Shown one piece after another: positions 30,670 through 40,537 of a stretch of DNA of 64,000 nucleotides. The stretch spans positions 96,001-160,000 of the forward strand of contig JBMNIH010000009.1 of NCBI GenBank assembly GCA_050950825.1, read 5' to 3'. A program made the position numbers and the translations under genes. Under the pieces are notes generated by a model. The model had not been told where the DNA came from. It saw nothing but the letters and a program-made list of their open reading frames with translations, and searched no databases. The stretch's first letter is position 1. The number at the start of each line of letters is the position of its first letter. The stretch comes from Clostridia bacterium (GTDB lineage Bacteria > Bacillota > Clostridia > JAAYHZ01).

Positions 30670-31092
30670 TAATACGACACATGTCAAACCGTTTGTAAGA
30701 GCGAGTTTGATCCCTGTTGACACCCGGTCAGAATAATCGAAGAATCAAACCGTAAAATTAAATAAAAGTAGTATTAGAAAAATCTCGAAAACCTTGATGC
30801 AGAGCTTTTTTATATCTTATTAAAAAAATACCGGCATCATAATTGCTATGTAAAATTATACACTCATACATTGATTAGGCGAGTTAATCCCAAAACGAGC
30901 GAGATAATCCCGGCCGGTGGAAGGTCCGGAAAGACTAAAGTGAAGTCAAAAGCACAGCCACAAAGACGGATTCAAATTAAAATACCGGTACTTAACATCA
31001 TAAATTTTGATACTTTAGTTTATCCGGGATGTGAACAGAAACTCCAAAAGAATACAGAAAGAATACAGAATTCGACACTCCCTTGTTTTTCC

Positions 31093-31142
31093 TTGACGAA
31101 AAAAAACGGGTAGAGTATAATGAAAAAAAGAACATTCGTTTT
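31093..31142 (+). promoter_or_regulatory. recA sigma-A promoter with LexA (Cheo/SOS) box
   Basis: ttgacg-N17-tataat, then GAAC-attc-GTTT at 31130-31141 (Firmicute consensus GAAC-N4-GTTC). Confidence 0.8.
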
Positions 31143-31155
31143 ATAGAGGTGTAAA

Positions 31156-32196
31156 ATGGTAGAAAAGAAGAAAGCTCTGGAAATGGCTCTTGCGCAAATA
31201 GAAAAGCAATTCGGTAAAGGCTCGGTAATGAAATTAGGCGACAATTCCCGGATGAATATTGAAACCATATCGACGGGATCCGTAGGTTTGGATCTCGCTT
31301 TAGGTATCGGAGGGGTTCCCCGCGGAAGAATCGTCGAAATATACGGACCGGAATCATCCGGTAAAACCACCGTAGCTCTGCATATGATTGCAGAAGCGCA
31401 AAAAGCCGGGGGAGAAGCGGCTTTTATTGACGCGGAGCATGCCTTGGATCCCAATTATGCAAAAAATTTGGGAGTAGATACGGATAATTTGATTGTGTCC
31501 CAACCGGACACCGGCGAACAAGCGTTGGAAATATGCGAGGCTTTGGTAAGAAGCGGTGCCATAGACATCATCGTCATTGACTCGGTAGCCGCCTTGGTAC
31601 CGAAAGCGGAAATCGACGGGGAAATGGGAGACTCTCATATCGGTTTGCAAGCACGCCTTATGTCCCAAGCTTTAAGAAAGCTAGCGGGTGTTGTGAGCAA
31701 ATCTCGTACTACCGCCATCTTTATTAACCAATTGAGGGAAAAAGTCGGGGTCATGTTCGGAAATCCGGAGGTAACACCCGGCGGACGAGCTTTGAAATTT
31801 TACGCCTCCATTCGAATGGATGTTCGAAGAGTCGATTCCTTGAAAAAAGACAATGAAATTATCGGTAACAGAACCCGAGTTAAAATCGTAAAAAACAAGA
31901 TTGCACCTCCTTTTAAAGAAGCCGAATTCGATATCATATACGGTAAGGGAATCTCGAAGGAAGGGGATTTGCTGGATATCGCCGTACAATTGGATATCAT
32001 TAATAAAAGTGGATCTTGGTTTTCCTATGAAGATGTTCGTATAGGGCAAGGAAGAGAAAACGCGAAGCAGTACCTTATCGATAATCCCGATAAAGCGGCG
32101 GAGATCGAAGAAAAAATTAAAAGAAATTACGGTTTAATCAAAGATGTAACGGCCGGAGAACCGACGAATGAAACTAACGACGGTGCCCTTGAATGA
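31156..32196 (+). CDS. recA: Recombinase RecA
   Basis: [38 protein letters not shown]. Confidence 0.99.
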   Translation: MVEKKKALEMALAQIEKQFGKGSVMKLGDNSRMNIETISTGSVGLDLALGIGGVPRGRIVEIYGPESSGKTTVALHMIAEAQKAGGEAAFIDAEHALDPNYAKNLGVDTDNLIVSQPDTGEQALEICEALVRSGAIDIIVIDSVAALVPKAEIDGEMGDSHIGLQARLMSQALRKLAGVVSKSRTTAIFINQLREKVGVMFGNPEVTPGGRALKFYASIRMDVRRVDSLKKDNEIIGNRTRVKIVKNKIAPPFKEAEFDIIYGKGISKEGDLLDIAVQLDIINKSGSWFSYEDVRIGQGRENAKQYLIDNPDKAAEIEEKIKRNYGLIKDVTAGEPTNETNDGALE

Positions 32197-32845
32197 TCCG
32201 AAAAGGAAAGGTTACGAGCTCTATACGGACGGAGAATATGCTTTCTTTATCGACGAAGAAACCTATATTCGACTGTCTCTTTATGATAAAACCGAAATAA
32301 CGGCCGAAGAATTGGAGGAAATCAAAACCGCAACGGAAGTTAACCGCGGCATTTCATACGGAATCGATTATGTAAGCCGTGTAAAGCGAACGAGAAAGCA
32401 AGTCTTCGAGTACTTGCAAAAGATGGGTCTTTCCCAAGAGAGTGCCGAAAAAATTTTGGATCATTTATGCAAAGAAAAATACATTGATGACGAGGACTAT
32501 GCCAAAAGATACATAAAAACCGGTATAAAAACCGGCGATAAATCCGTCTTGTTATTGGTCAATGAACTGAAGCAAAGAGGGATACCGGAAGAGACGGCCG
32601 AAGAAGCTTCCGAGCCCTATTTGTCGATGGAAGCGGACAGAGCTTACGTCGCCGTACGGAAGCGATTCGACAACAAAAAGCAGGTTTTGACGGAAGCCGA
32701 TGAAGAAGACGAACCCTTTTCTTCTTTTGAAAAATTGACGCCTCTTGATAAACTGAAAATGAAGGAAAAAATATACCGCTTTCTCGCATACAGAGGATAT
32801 TCTTACGAAACCATTACGGATGTCATAGAAAAAACGGGCTTATAA
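32168..32845 (+). CDS. recX: Regulatory protein RecX
   Basis: Overlaps the recA 3' end; [25 protein letters not shown]. Confidence 0.9.
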   Translation: MKLTTVPLNDPKRKGYELYTDGEYAFFIDEETYIRLSLYDKTEITAEELEEIKTATEVNRGISYGIDYVSRVKRTRKQVFEYLQKMGLSQESAEKILDHLCKEKYIDDEDYAKRYIKTGIKTGDKSVLLLVNELKQRGIPEETAEEASEPYLSMEADRAYVAVRKRFDNKKQVLTEADEEDEPFSSFEKLTPLDKLKMKEKIYRFLAYRGYSYETITDVIEKTGL

Positions 32846-32858
32846 CAGCCCGTTTTTT
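32829..32858. terminator. Bidirectional terminator
   Basis: aaaaaacgggct-tataac-agcccgtttttt. Confidence 0.8.
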
Positions 32859-32881
32859 AATACGATGAACACTTTTCATAT

Positions 32882-34243
32882 TTATTCCGCTACTTCTTTT
32901 ATCCAATCGGCGATATCGTCTGCCACGGACGGCTCCACCGTCTTTTTTGTACTGTATTCGTAGGGCGTGGAAGGTGAATCTCCGTACATGAACAAATGAT
33001 TTAAGTTTTCATAGTGGATGAACTTCGCATTATTCTTGCCTTCCATCGTACTTTTCCACAGATTAAAGTTGTCCATGGAGACCTGGTAATCGCGCGTGCC
33101 TTGCAAGAAGAGAATCGGCTTTTCAATCTTTTTTGCCGCCTCCAAAGCATTATACTTATTGGCATACAGCCAGTAATTCGGATACACCCCGTACAGCTTC
33201 TTCGGATTGGTTTTCGCTCCTTCTTTTAGATTTTTAACCCGTTTCGTCATGTTTTGGTACCTTGCCAATACAAACTTATCGCCGAGGGTCACTTTTCCGT
33301 CCATACGGGCAATATAGCGGTACTGTTGGTAAATCAAGTCTTCCAAATTATACGAGTTGGCGGCCAGCATGATGTAACCGGCGCAGTCTTCCGTCGATTC
33401 GGCGATCTTAGGAAGAAAATATCCGCCGATGCTGTGTCCTGCAAGAAATATCCGTTCGGGATCAATTTCCGGAAGCTCTTTGGCATCTTGAAAAACGGTG
33501 ATGGCATCCTCGATAATTTCTTCGTAAGGAGTGAAATCGGCGATGTTTTTTCCGATTTCATCTAAATGCTCGTAAGGCCTGTTGTTGTATCGCAATACGG
33601 CGATTCCTCTTTCATTTAAAAGCTCCGCTATGTCTTTGAAAGGAGTGCACACGCCTACGGTGGCATCCATATCCAATGGACCCGAGCCCGGTATTAAAAT
33701 GACCAAAGGATACGGAGGGTTTCCGTCTTTCGGTACCGACAGCATGGCATTGAGAGGGAACCGGTCGGTTCCTACCGTTAGTAAGGTTTCGTTAGGAGCC
33801 AGGCGTGTTTGGTCGTCGATTTTTGTCCAATCGACATTTTCATCCAATACGCCGTACTCCAATCCGGCAATGCGATTTTTTTCATTGTAAATCACATTCA
33901 CGATAATGGGGGCTTTTTCGTGCTGTACAACGATGGAAACCGTTGTATTTCTATCAACCGCGTTTACCGAAGAAGATAATATCTCTTTTGCTTCTCCGTA
34001 TTCTTCAATTAAATCCGTCCAAAGGTCTTTAAATACGCCGGGGCTTAAAGACAATTTCATCCCTTCGTATTGAAAGTTCCTGTATGCTTTGTCGTAGTTA
34101 CCTGCATTCAATTCGTTCACCAGACGCAGTGCATTGTCGCGTACCGACTCCGTTTGCACCGGCTTCGGCGAACAAGCCGTAAAAAGCAGCATGAAGCCGA
34201 TTAAAAGCAGTAAACTTCCGAAGATTCTTTTTTTGTTTTTCAT
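32882..34243 (-). CDS. Lipoprotein alpha/beta hydrolase with DUF3887-like N-terminal domain
   Basis: Lipobox FTAC, PGSGPLDMD, GHSIGG nucleophile, QGTRDYQV, LNHLF; caggag RBS before ATG 34243. Confidence 0.85.
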   Translation of the reverse strand: MKNKKRIFGSLLLLIGFMLLFTACSPKPVQTESVRDNALRLVNELNAGNYDKAYRNFQYEGMKLSLSPGVFKDLWTDLIEEYGEAKEILSSSVNAVDRNTTVSIVVQHEKAPIIVNVIYNEKNRIAGLEYGVLDENVDWTKIDDQTRLAPNETLLTVGTDRFPLNAMLSVPKDGNPPYPLVILIPGSGPLDMDATVGVCTPFKDIAELLNERGIAVLRYNNRPYEHLDEIGKNIADFTPYEEIIEDAITVFQDAKELPEIDPERIFLAGHSIGGYFLPKIAESTEDCAGYIMLAANSYNLEDLIYQQYRYIARMDGKVTLGDKFVLARYQNMTKRVKNLKEGAKTNPKKLYGVYPNYWLYANKYNALEAAKKIEKPILFLQGTRDYQVSMDNFNLWKSTMEGKNNAKFIHYENLNHLFMYGDSPSTPYEYSTKKTVEPSVADDIADWIKEVAE

Positions 34244-34375
34244 ATATCGAAGCTCCTGTCTGAACTTATTTTTCATAATCATTAACGTAAATCTTATCAT
34301 ATCGAATTTTACGCAATTATGTCAAACAGGTATATCCGAAAGACAAACCTAATATATTTTATTACGGAGTATTGA

Positions 34376-35083
34376 GTGAAAGAGGTCCGGGATATGCAAG
34401 ACATGCAAGATATGTTTGAAAAAGAAGTTCCGTATATCGTGGAAAAAAAGCGAGAATTACGATTGTTAAACAATCTTTGGATAAAGATTTTATGCTGCTT
34501 TACCATCTTCGTCTTCATCTATACCATCAAACTGATCAACAACGAAGCCTCTCGAAAATTAATGGTGGTTATCAAAGAGCAGTACAGCTCCGACTATCAA
34601 AACGATGTGGAAGAGGTTCTCAATTTAAAGCTTTCCGGCAATGCGGAGTCGGTTTTCCGTAATAAAAATGCGAAAATCAAGCAAATTTCCGTGGTACTGC
34701 CGGTCAACGGAAAAATCATAACCTATGGCAAATACGAAAACCATCCCGTTAACCGCTATTTAATCAGCAAGCCCGGTGTGGATATCGCCGTTATGATGCA
34801 GTCGCCGGTGATCGCATGCTACGACGGCAAGGTTACCGAGGTAGGGTACAATCGTTATTACGGCAATTACGTCATAATGCAGCACGACGAAGAGGTCTAT
34901 TCGTTGTATGCATTTTTGGATGATATTAAGGTGGATGTAGGGACCCAATGCAAAAGAGGAAATGAGATCGGTGCCGTCAAAACCGGTTCGTATATTCCCT
35001 CAAAGATTGTTCATTTTGAATTGTGGATACAAGGAAAAAGCGTGAATCCCATCAGTATGTTAGGTGAAGGCGTTGGGTATTAA
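34376..35083 (+). CDS. spoIVFA: SpoIVFA-like protein (TM plus degenerate M23/LytM domain)
   Basis: One TM and a LytM fold (GVDI, YGNYVIM, HFE...VNP) missing Zn-ligand histidines; immediately upstream of the spoIVFB-like gene. Confidence 0.65.
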   Translation: MKEVRDMQDMQDMFEKEVPYIVEKKRELRLLNNLWIKILCCFTIFVFIYTIKLINNEASRKLMVVIKEQYSSDYQNDVEEVLNLKLSGNAESVFRNKNAKIKQISVVLPVNGKIITYGKYENHPVNRYLISKPGVDIAVMMQSPVIACYDGKVTEVGYNRYYGNYVIMQHDEEVYSLYAFLDDIKVDVGTQCKRGNEIGAVKTGSYIPSKIVHFELWIQGKSVNPISMLGEGVGY

Positions 35084-35951
35084 AAAATTTTTGTTTATTC
35101 GAATCGATGACAAGTACAAAATATCCGTCTTACTCCTTCCTTTTCTTTTGTGTATGGCTCTTACCGGCAATTTGTTCAAGTACTTGCTGTTCATGTTTTT
35201 CGCCCTTGTACATGAACTGGCCCATATTGCCGCCGCCTTTGCATTCAAAGCAAAATTCAAAGGTCTTACGGTTTATGCCGCCGGTTTCAGCGCTTCCGTA
35301 GACCTGTATAATTTGAATGACAAAGAAATGTTTTTCGTGTATTCCGCAGGTATCGCCACCAATTTGACGTTCGCTTTATTGTTTTTTATCCTTTCCGCTG
35401 CATTAAAAACCAAGAGCCTTTTTATCAACGATATCATTCTCATGAACGTCATGATGTTCGTAACGAATATTCTGCCTATGAAACCCTTGGACGGAAGCCA
35501 TATTTTAAAGCTTTTGCTTCAACGGTATACCGGATATATTAAAAGCGAAAAAATCATTGTGAAGATAACCATTGTTCTTTTACCGATTTTGTTTGCACTA
35601 AGCATTATCCAATTGGTCTCTCACATATTCAACGTAAGTCTACTTCTCATATCCACCTATATTTTCTTAAGCTATAATCAAGTAGACAGCGAGGTGTTTT
35701 ACATGATCTACCGAAGCTACCAAAACAAAATGAAAAAAATCGAATCCGGGGAAGCTTACGAAGTCAGGGAAATGATCGTCAACGAAAATGCCACGGTCTT
35801 TGACGTTTACAAACGTATGGACAAAGATAAATACCATATGCTGAAAGTCTGTGACAAGAACTTTCGCATTATCAACACCGTTTCGGAAAAAAAAGTGATC
35901 GACTGTATTATGAACGGCAATATCGATGAACGGATGAAAAATTTAAGATAG
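35064..35951 (+). CDS. spoIVFB: SpoIVFB-like M50 protease (pro-sigma-K processing)
   Basis: HELAH, SAGIATN, NILPMKPLDG, C-terminal CBS-like tail. Confidence 0.75.
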   Translation: MKALGIKKFLFIRIDDKYKISVLLLPFLLCMALTGNLFKYLLFMFFALVHELAHIAAAFAFKAKFKGLTVYAAGFSASVDLYNLNDKEMFFVYSAGIATNLTFALLFFILSAALKTKSLFINDIILMNVMMFVTNILPMKPLDGSHILKLLLQRYTGYIKSEKIIVKITIVLLPILFALSIIQLVSHIFNVSLLLISTYIFLSYNQVDSEVFYMIYRSYQNKMKKIESGEAYEVREMIVNENATVFDVYKRMDKDKYHMLKVCDKNFRIINTVSEKKVIDCIMNGNIDERMKNLR

Positions 35952-35960
35952 CCTTGTTTC

Positions 35961-36632
35961 TTATCCCGCCGGAAGTATTTCCAAATTTCCTTGATAAGGA
36001 ACCAAAATTTTGTTTAACATGCTGCGGTATCGAGCGAAAATCCGATCATTCAACCACAATTCCAGGTGTCTTTCTTCCAAAAGGGCCGGCATGCGGTTAT
36101 GGATGGAAGCGACTTGGGGAGAGGCATCCACGGTTAAAATGGTAAAGCATAATATCTTGCCGTGACCGGGCAGCTCGAATTCGTCGTATAGCCCCGCCAT
36201 GTAGATGGCTTCTTGTCCCGAGACTCGGATGAGGGTTTTCGTTTTCTTTTTGTTTTCTTCGGTCTTCCATTCATAAAAGCCTTTTGCCGGTACGATCAAA
36301 CGCTTTTTATCCAAGCATTTTCGAAACATATACTTGCTTTCCACGGTTTCGCTTCTTGCATTGATGACTCTTTTTGACGCTTTCGGATCAAGAGGAAAGC
36401 CCCAATACATCCGTTGAACCGGAAGATCGGTTTTATCGAGGTTGTTTTCCGCAAAATCCACGGAAGGAATCACCGGTGCAAAGGTACCGGGGAAAATCTC
36501 TCCTCCGGGATGGGGATTTTCGGGCTTATCCAAAATACCGATACCGGCCTTTAAGCTTTTGGCGATTCTTCTTAATATTTCTCTGTACTCTTCGTATTCG
36601 TCGGGCGTAAAAAATACATATCTGCCGCACAT
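35961..36632 (-). CDS. SOS response-associated peptidase (SRAP/YedK-type abasic-site protein)
   Basis: N-terminal MCGRY, INARSET, GFYEW, IHNRMP; aaggagg RBS. Confidence 0.93.
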   Translation of the reverse strand: MCGRYVFFTPDEYEEYREILRRIAKSLKAGIGILDKPENPHPGGEIFPGTFAPVIPSVDFAENNLDKTDLPVQRMYWGFPLDPKASKRVINARSETVESKYMFRKCLDKKRLIVPAKGFYEWKTEENKKKTKTLIRVSGQEAIYMAGLYDEFELPGHGKILCFTILTVDASPQVASIHNRMPALLEERHLELWLNDRIFARYRSMLNKILVPYQGNLEILPAG

Positions 36633-36711
36633 GGTAAAATACCTCCTTTTGACCCTTTCTTGCTATTTTCAATATACTTTAATAAAAAAAGATATGCAAC
36701 CGAAGTTTCTT

Positions 36712-37965
36712 CTACAACAAACTCGACATCATGGGGTAGTCGTCGTGCACACCTCCGTTGATATGGGCTACGCCGGAATGGAGAAATACGCCTCTTTTCA
36801 CCGCATCGTTTCCGTATCGGGTGCGGATATAGTCGACGCTTTTATCCAGCTCGGAAATCTTGTCGAATTTATTCTGATCCGTAATGGAAAGCTGGGTAAA
36901 GTTCCCGTCGGATAAGCAATCCGTTCGCACGCCCAAGGCGCGCAGAGGCTGGCCGTTCCACATTTCCAAAAACAAACGGCAGGCTTCTTGGTAAATATCG
37001 TTGGTGGCGTTGGTGGGAATCGGTATCTTGTGTTGATGCGACCAGGAATGAAAAAGGGAGTTCCTCAAATGGACGCAGATGACTTGGGCTTTTACGTTTT
37101 CCATCCGCAAGCGCATGCCCACCATTTCGCTGAGAGACAACAAAAAAAGCTTTGCCGTTTCATAATCCGTCACATCGAAAGAGGTGGTGGTGGAATTCCC
37201 GATTCCTTTGATGTCTCGTCGGTCGGGACGGACCTCCGAATAGTCAATGCCGTTGGCATACTCCCAAAGAACATTGCCGTAAGATTTAAAATACACCTTT
37301 AAGAGCTCCTTGTCCGTTTTTGCCAATTGTCCGATGGTGATAATGCCGTACTTATACAGCTTCAGGCAAGTGCGTACGCCTACCATAAACATTTCGCATA
37401 CGGGCAAAGGCCACATCTTTTCCGGCATTTCCTCGGGGAATAAGGTGTGGACTTTATCGGGCTTTTCAAATTCCGATGCCATTTTGGCCAACAATTTGTT
37501 TATCGAGATGCCGATATTGACGGTAAATCCCAATTCTTCTTTCACACGCTGCTTGATCCGCATCGCCAAATCAACGCTTTCGTCGCCGTCGATTCCATAG
37601 CCGGAAAGGTCCATAAAACACTCGTCCACGCTGTACCGCTCCACCAAAGGCGAATATTCTTTCAATAAAGTTATCAATGCGTTCGAGCATTGGACGTACA
37701 AAGCATAGTCCGGAGGAACGAGAATCAGCTCCGGACATTTGGACAACGCTTCGAAAACCGTTTGGCCGGTTCGAATGCCGAGTTTTTTCGCAGGGATGGA
37801 CCGAGCCAATATGATACCGCGGCGCTGCTTTACGCTGCCGCCGACGGCCGACGGAACGGTGCGCAAATCCAAAGAATGCCCGTGCTGCAAACGATGTACC
37901 GCTTCCCAAGACAAAAAGGCCGAATTGCAGTCGATATGAAAAATAATCCTCTTATCCATAACCAT
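36712..37965 (-). CDS. dinB: Y-family DNA polymerase (DinB/UmuC-like)
   Basis: IFHIDCNSAFLS, YSVDECFMD, NKLLAKMAS, KPD, IGNSTT, clamp-binding QLSI. Confidence 0.9.
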   Translation of the reverse strand: MVMDKRIIFHIDCNSAFLSWEAVHRLQHGHSLDLRTVPSAVGGSVKQRRGIILARSIPAKKLGIRTGQTVFEALSKCPELILVPPDYALYVQCSNALITLLKEYSPLVERYSVDECFMDLSGYGIDGDESVDLAMRIKQRVKEELGFTVNIGISINKLLAKMASEFEKPDKVHTLFPEEMPEKMWPLPVCEMFMVGVRTCLKLYKYGIITIGQLAKTDKELLKVYFKSYGNVLWEYANGIDYSEVRPDRRDIKGIGNSTTTSFDVTDYETAKLFLLSLSEMVGMRLRMENVKAQVICVHLRNSLFHSWSHQHKIPIPTNATNDIYQEACRLFLEMWNGQPLRALGVRTDCLSDGNFTQLSITDQNKFDKISELDKSVDYIRTRYGNDAVKRGVFLHSGVAHINGGVHDDYPMMSSLL

Positions 37966-37971
37966 TCTCTC

Positions 37972-38017
37972 CGAATATTTGTACGCATATTATACCCGAA
38001 CATATGTTTTTTATCAA
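37972..38017 (-). promoter_or_regulatory. Sigma-A promoter with two LexA-type boxes upstream of the Y-family polymerase
   Basis: Minus strand ttgata-N17-tataat; cGAACatatGTTTt (37997-38010) inside the spacer and cGAAtatttGTACg (37972-37985). Confidence 0.8.
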
Positions 38018-38135
38018 GAGCTCCGATCCTTTCGGCTGTCAATTGACGTGATTTTTTCGTTATGTTAGCATGCCATATATACGGGATCATTGGACTTATT
38101 CGTAAAAAAATCACAAGGCAAAGGAAGGGATCGAA

Positions 38136-38942
38136 ATGAATTTGCGTGATTACGGTTATGTATGGGAGGGCCAAGGGTTTGATCCGGGGGTTCCGCCTTC
38201 GGTGCTGGGGGTAGGCGACGGGTGCAGATTGATGAAAATGAGCAAGGCGGTTTTTCTGTTTCATCCGAACGACTCGTGGAGCTTAAGTCGGTTGACCCAC
38301 TTAAACGACGTGGTATGCGATATATCCAAGTGGAAGGTGCGTTTTTTGGATCCGGTTCCCGGTCGATATTCCAACGCCATCGATTGTTACGTAGACGGCA
38401 GCTTGGATAAGGTTTTGGAGGAAGCGAAAAACGTGGCGCAGTTGAAAAAGGAATTTCCCAATATCACCGGTGTCATCCATGACGATTTGCTGGGCTTGTG
38501 CGAGCGTTACGGTATGACCGCCGAAGAATATTTTCCGGTATACCAAGTTGTCAAGGATGCAGGACTAAAGCTTTGGCTGGTATATTACGCCCATGAATTG
38601 GAGATTATCGAAGGCAAACGAAAGGACTTCAATCAATTTGCCGATGTGGTTCATTTTTGGGTGTGGAAGTCGGAGGACTTGTACAATCTGGACATGTATA
38701 TGGAAAGACTTCGTAAATCATTTCCGGATAAACCCGTCAATTTGGGAGTATACTTGAGGGATTATCATTACAGACGATCGGTACCCGTGGACCGCATCTT
38801 GTTTGAAATGAGCAAGATCAAAGAATACATACGAAAAGACATTATACAGGGCTTCTCGATTTTAGGAACAATCACCATGGACACAAATATCGAAGGAGTC
38901 AAAAGCATTATCGAATTTTTGGATCAACAGGGTGAATTGTAA
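38136..38942 (+). CDS. Hypothetical protein, possibly TIM-barrel/glycoside-hydrolase-like
   Basis: 268-aa ORF with aaggaaggga RBS and an upstream ttgacg-N17-tagcat; alternating beta/alpha pattern, FPNITGVIHDD acidic pair. Confidence 0.6.
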   Translation: MNLRDYGYVWEGQGFDPGVPPSVLGVGDGCRLMKMSKAVFLFHPNDSWSLSRLTHLNDVVCDISKWKVRFLDPVPGRYSNAIDCYVDGSLDKVLEEAKNVAQLKKEFPNITGVIHDDLLGLCERYGMTAEEYFPVYQVVKDAGLKLWLVYYAHELEIIEGKRKDFNQFADVVHFWVWKSEDLYNLDMYMERLRKSFPDKPVNLGVYLRDYHYRRSVPVDRILFEMSKIKEYIRKDIIQGFSILGTITMDTNIEGVKSIIEFLDQQGEL

Positions 38943-38966
38943 TACGGAACCTTTTTCGATTTGGAA

Positions 38967-38995
38967 TTGACAAGAAAAATGATTTCATGTATATT
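38967..38995 (+). promoter_or_regulatory. Sigma-A promoter of the TPP leader
   Basis: ttgaca-N17-tatatt. Confidence 0.75.
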
Positions 38996-39008
38996 CAAAG
39001 CTACAGGA

Positions 39009-39154
39009 TGCATCCGGGGAGCCGAACGATGGCTGAGAGGGAACAAAAAAAGCGTTCCGACCCGCTGACCTGATCCGGATAATACCGGCGTAGGGAGAGG
39101 CAAGGCTACAACCCTTTGTTTTCGCTTTCCCGGAAAACAAAGGGTTTATTTTTT
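39009..39154 (+). ncRNA. TPP riboswitch (THI box) with terminator
   Basis: ggggagcc...ggCTGAGA...gacccg...ACCTGATccggaTAATaccggCGTAGGGA, followed by aaccctttgtttt/aaaacaaagggtt and a T tract. Confidence 0.95.
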
Positions 39155-39195
39155 CGGATGTTATCTCTGAATATACAAGGTAAGGAGATAAATCA

Positions 39196-39774
39196 ATGAA
39201 GAAAAATGTAAGAATGTTAACGGAAGCGGCGGTAATGATCGCCTTGGCATTTGTATTAAGCAACATCAGGCTTTTTCAATTGCCCAACGGAGGATCCGTT
39301 ACACCGGGATCCATGGTACCCCTGATTCTGTTCGCCATTCGGTGGACGAATGCCCGAGCGGTGGATGAGGACAACGAAAAAAGGCCGAGAATGTGGCATA
39401 ACGTCGGAATCTGCATTATCGTTGCCGCGGTGGAAGGGACCATTGAATTTATTTTAGGTCCGAAATGGTCCATGCACCCCATATCCATTATCTTCGACTA
39501 TATTGTGGCTTACGGCGTATTGGGCTTGGCAGGGGTTTTCGGCAAGAAGACGGCGAATATCATTATCGGTATTGTTTTTGCGGTTTTCTTAAGATTCGTA
39601 TGCCATGTAATATCCGGTGCCGTCGTATTTTACGAATATGCGGGAGCTCAAAATCCGTGGATTTATTCCATTTTATACAACGGAAGCTTTCTATCATTGG
39701 AATTGCTTATCACCGTTTTGATTACAATTCCCCTTGTGCAAGTGCCTTCGATTTTGTATCCTAAAAATAATTAA
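39196..39774 (+). CDS. thiT: ECF thiamine transporter S component ThiT
   Basis: LTEAAVMIALAFVLS, LPNGGSVT, FDY, RFVCHVISGAVVF, YSILYNGSF; downstream of the TPP riboswitch. Confidence 0.93.
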   Translation: MKKNVRMLTEAAVMIALAFVLSNIRLFQLPNGGSVTPGSMVPLILFAIRWTNARAVDEDNEKRPRMWHNVGICIIVAAVEGTIEFILGPKWSMHPISIIFDYIVAYGVLGLAGVFGKKTANIIIGIVFAVFLRFVCHVISGAVVFYEYAGAQNPWIYSILYNGSFLSLELLITVLITIPLVQVPSILYPKNN

Positions 39775-39814
39775 GAAACGTAATCCTATTTAGGATAAAA
39801 GAAGGGATTGAAGG

Positions 39815-40537
39815 ATGGAGAAAATGCGTCTTCAAAAATATATGGCTTACGGCGGAATCGCTTCAAGGCGAAAATGTGAAGAGATTATCGCCCAAGGCCG
39901 AGTGACGGTAAACGGAGTCACGGTTACGGAGCCCGGAACCGTGGTTTCTCCCGATGACGTCGTTAAAGTGGACGGAAAAGCCGTAGCGATAAAAAACGAA
40001 AAGATATACATTATATTAAACAAGCCTTCCGGGTATATTACCACCGTATCCGATGACCGTAACCGAAAGACGGTTATGGATCTGGTAAAGGGGGCGGGAG
40101 AGCGATTGTATCCCGTAGGGCGATTGGACAAAGATACCGAAGGCTTGCTCTTATTCACGAACGACGGCGACTTTCATCTGTACATGACCCATCCTTCTAA
40201 GGAAGTGGACAAAGAATACATTGCAAAAATCGACGGAAGAATAACGGAAGAAACCAAAAAAAGATTCAAACAAGGTTTTCATATCGACGGGTCCATGACC
40301 GCTCCCGCCGAAATTTTCGAAGATTCGCAGCAAGGCGATTCTTCCTTTGTCCGCATCATAATCCATGAAGGCAAAAAAAGGCAGGTGAAAAGAATGCTGC
40401 AAGAATGCGGTTTTCGCACTCTGTATTTAAAAAGAATTCGCATCGGAAGCGTGTTGTTAGGCGACTTGCCGAAGGGAAAATGGAGGCATTTGACGAAACA
40501 AGAATTACGGTCCTTAGGATATTTAAAAAAAGAATAA
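39815..40537 (+). CDS. rluB: 23S rRNA pseudouridine synthase (RluB/RsuA family)
   Basis: S4 domain MRLQKYMA, LNKPSG, YPVGRLDKDTEGLLL, EGKKRQVKRM. Confidence 0.9.
   Translation: MEKMRLQKYMAYGGIASRRKCEEIIAQGRVTVNGVTVTEPGTVVSPDDVVKVDGKAVAIKNEKIYIILNKPSGYITTVSDDRNRKTVMDLVKGAGERLYPVGRLDKDTEGLLLFTNDGDFHLYMTHPSKEVDKEYIAKIDGRITEETKKRFKQGFHIDGSMTAPAEIFEDSQQGDSSFVRIIIHEGKKRQVKRMLQECGFRTLYLKRIRIGSVLLGDLPKGKWRHLTKQELRSLGYLKKE

Noticed and set aside
31047-31068. 11-bp tandem repeat as a Pho box
   Set aside because: The spacing fits OmpR-family sites, but the sequence does not match TT(A/T)ACA-type repeats and lies about 380 bp from the pit promoter.
30871-31113. 80-aa ORF, or a cyclic-dinucleotide riboswitch, in the pit-recA gap
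   Set aside because: No convincing RBS or protein-like motifs, and it overlaps the recA promoter. The sequence lacks the core motifs of c-di-GMP-I/II and ydaO riboswitches.
34391-34414. 9-bp tandem repeat (DMQDMQDM) at the spoIVFA start
   Set aside because: A short in-frame duplication with no evidence of phase variation; it only makes the start codon ambiguous.
34376-35083. Active M23 endopeptidase, or a pseudogene
   Set aside because: Missing Zn ligands are expected for SpoIVFA-type LytM domains, and the ORF is intact.
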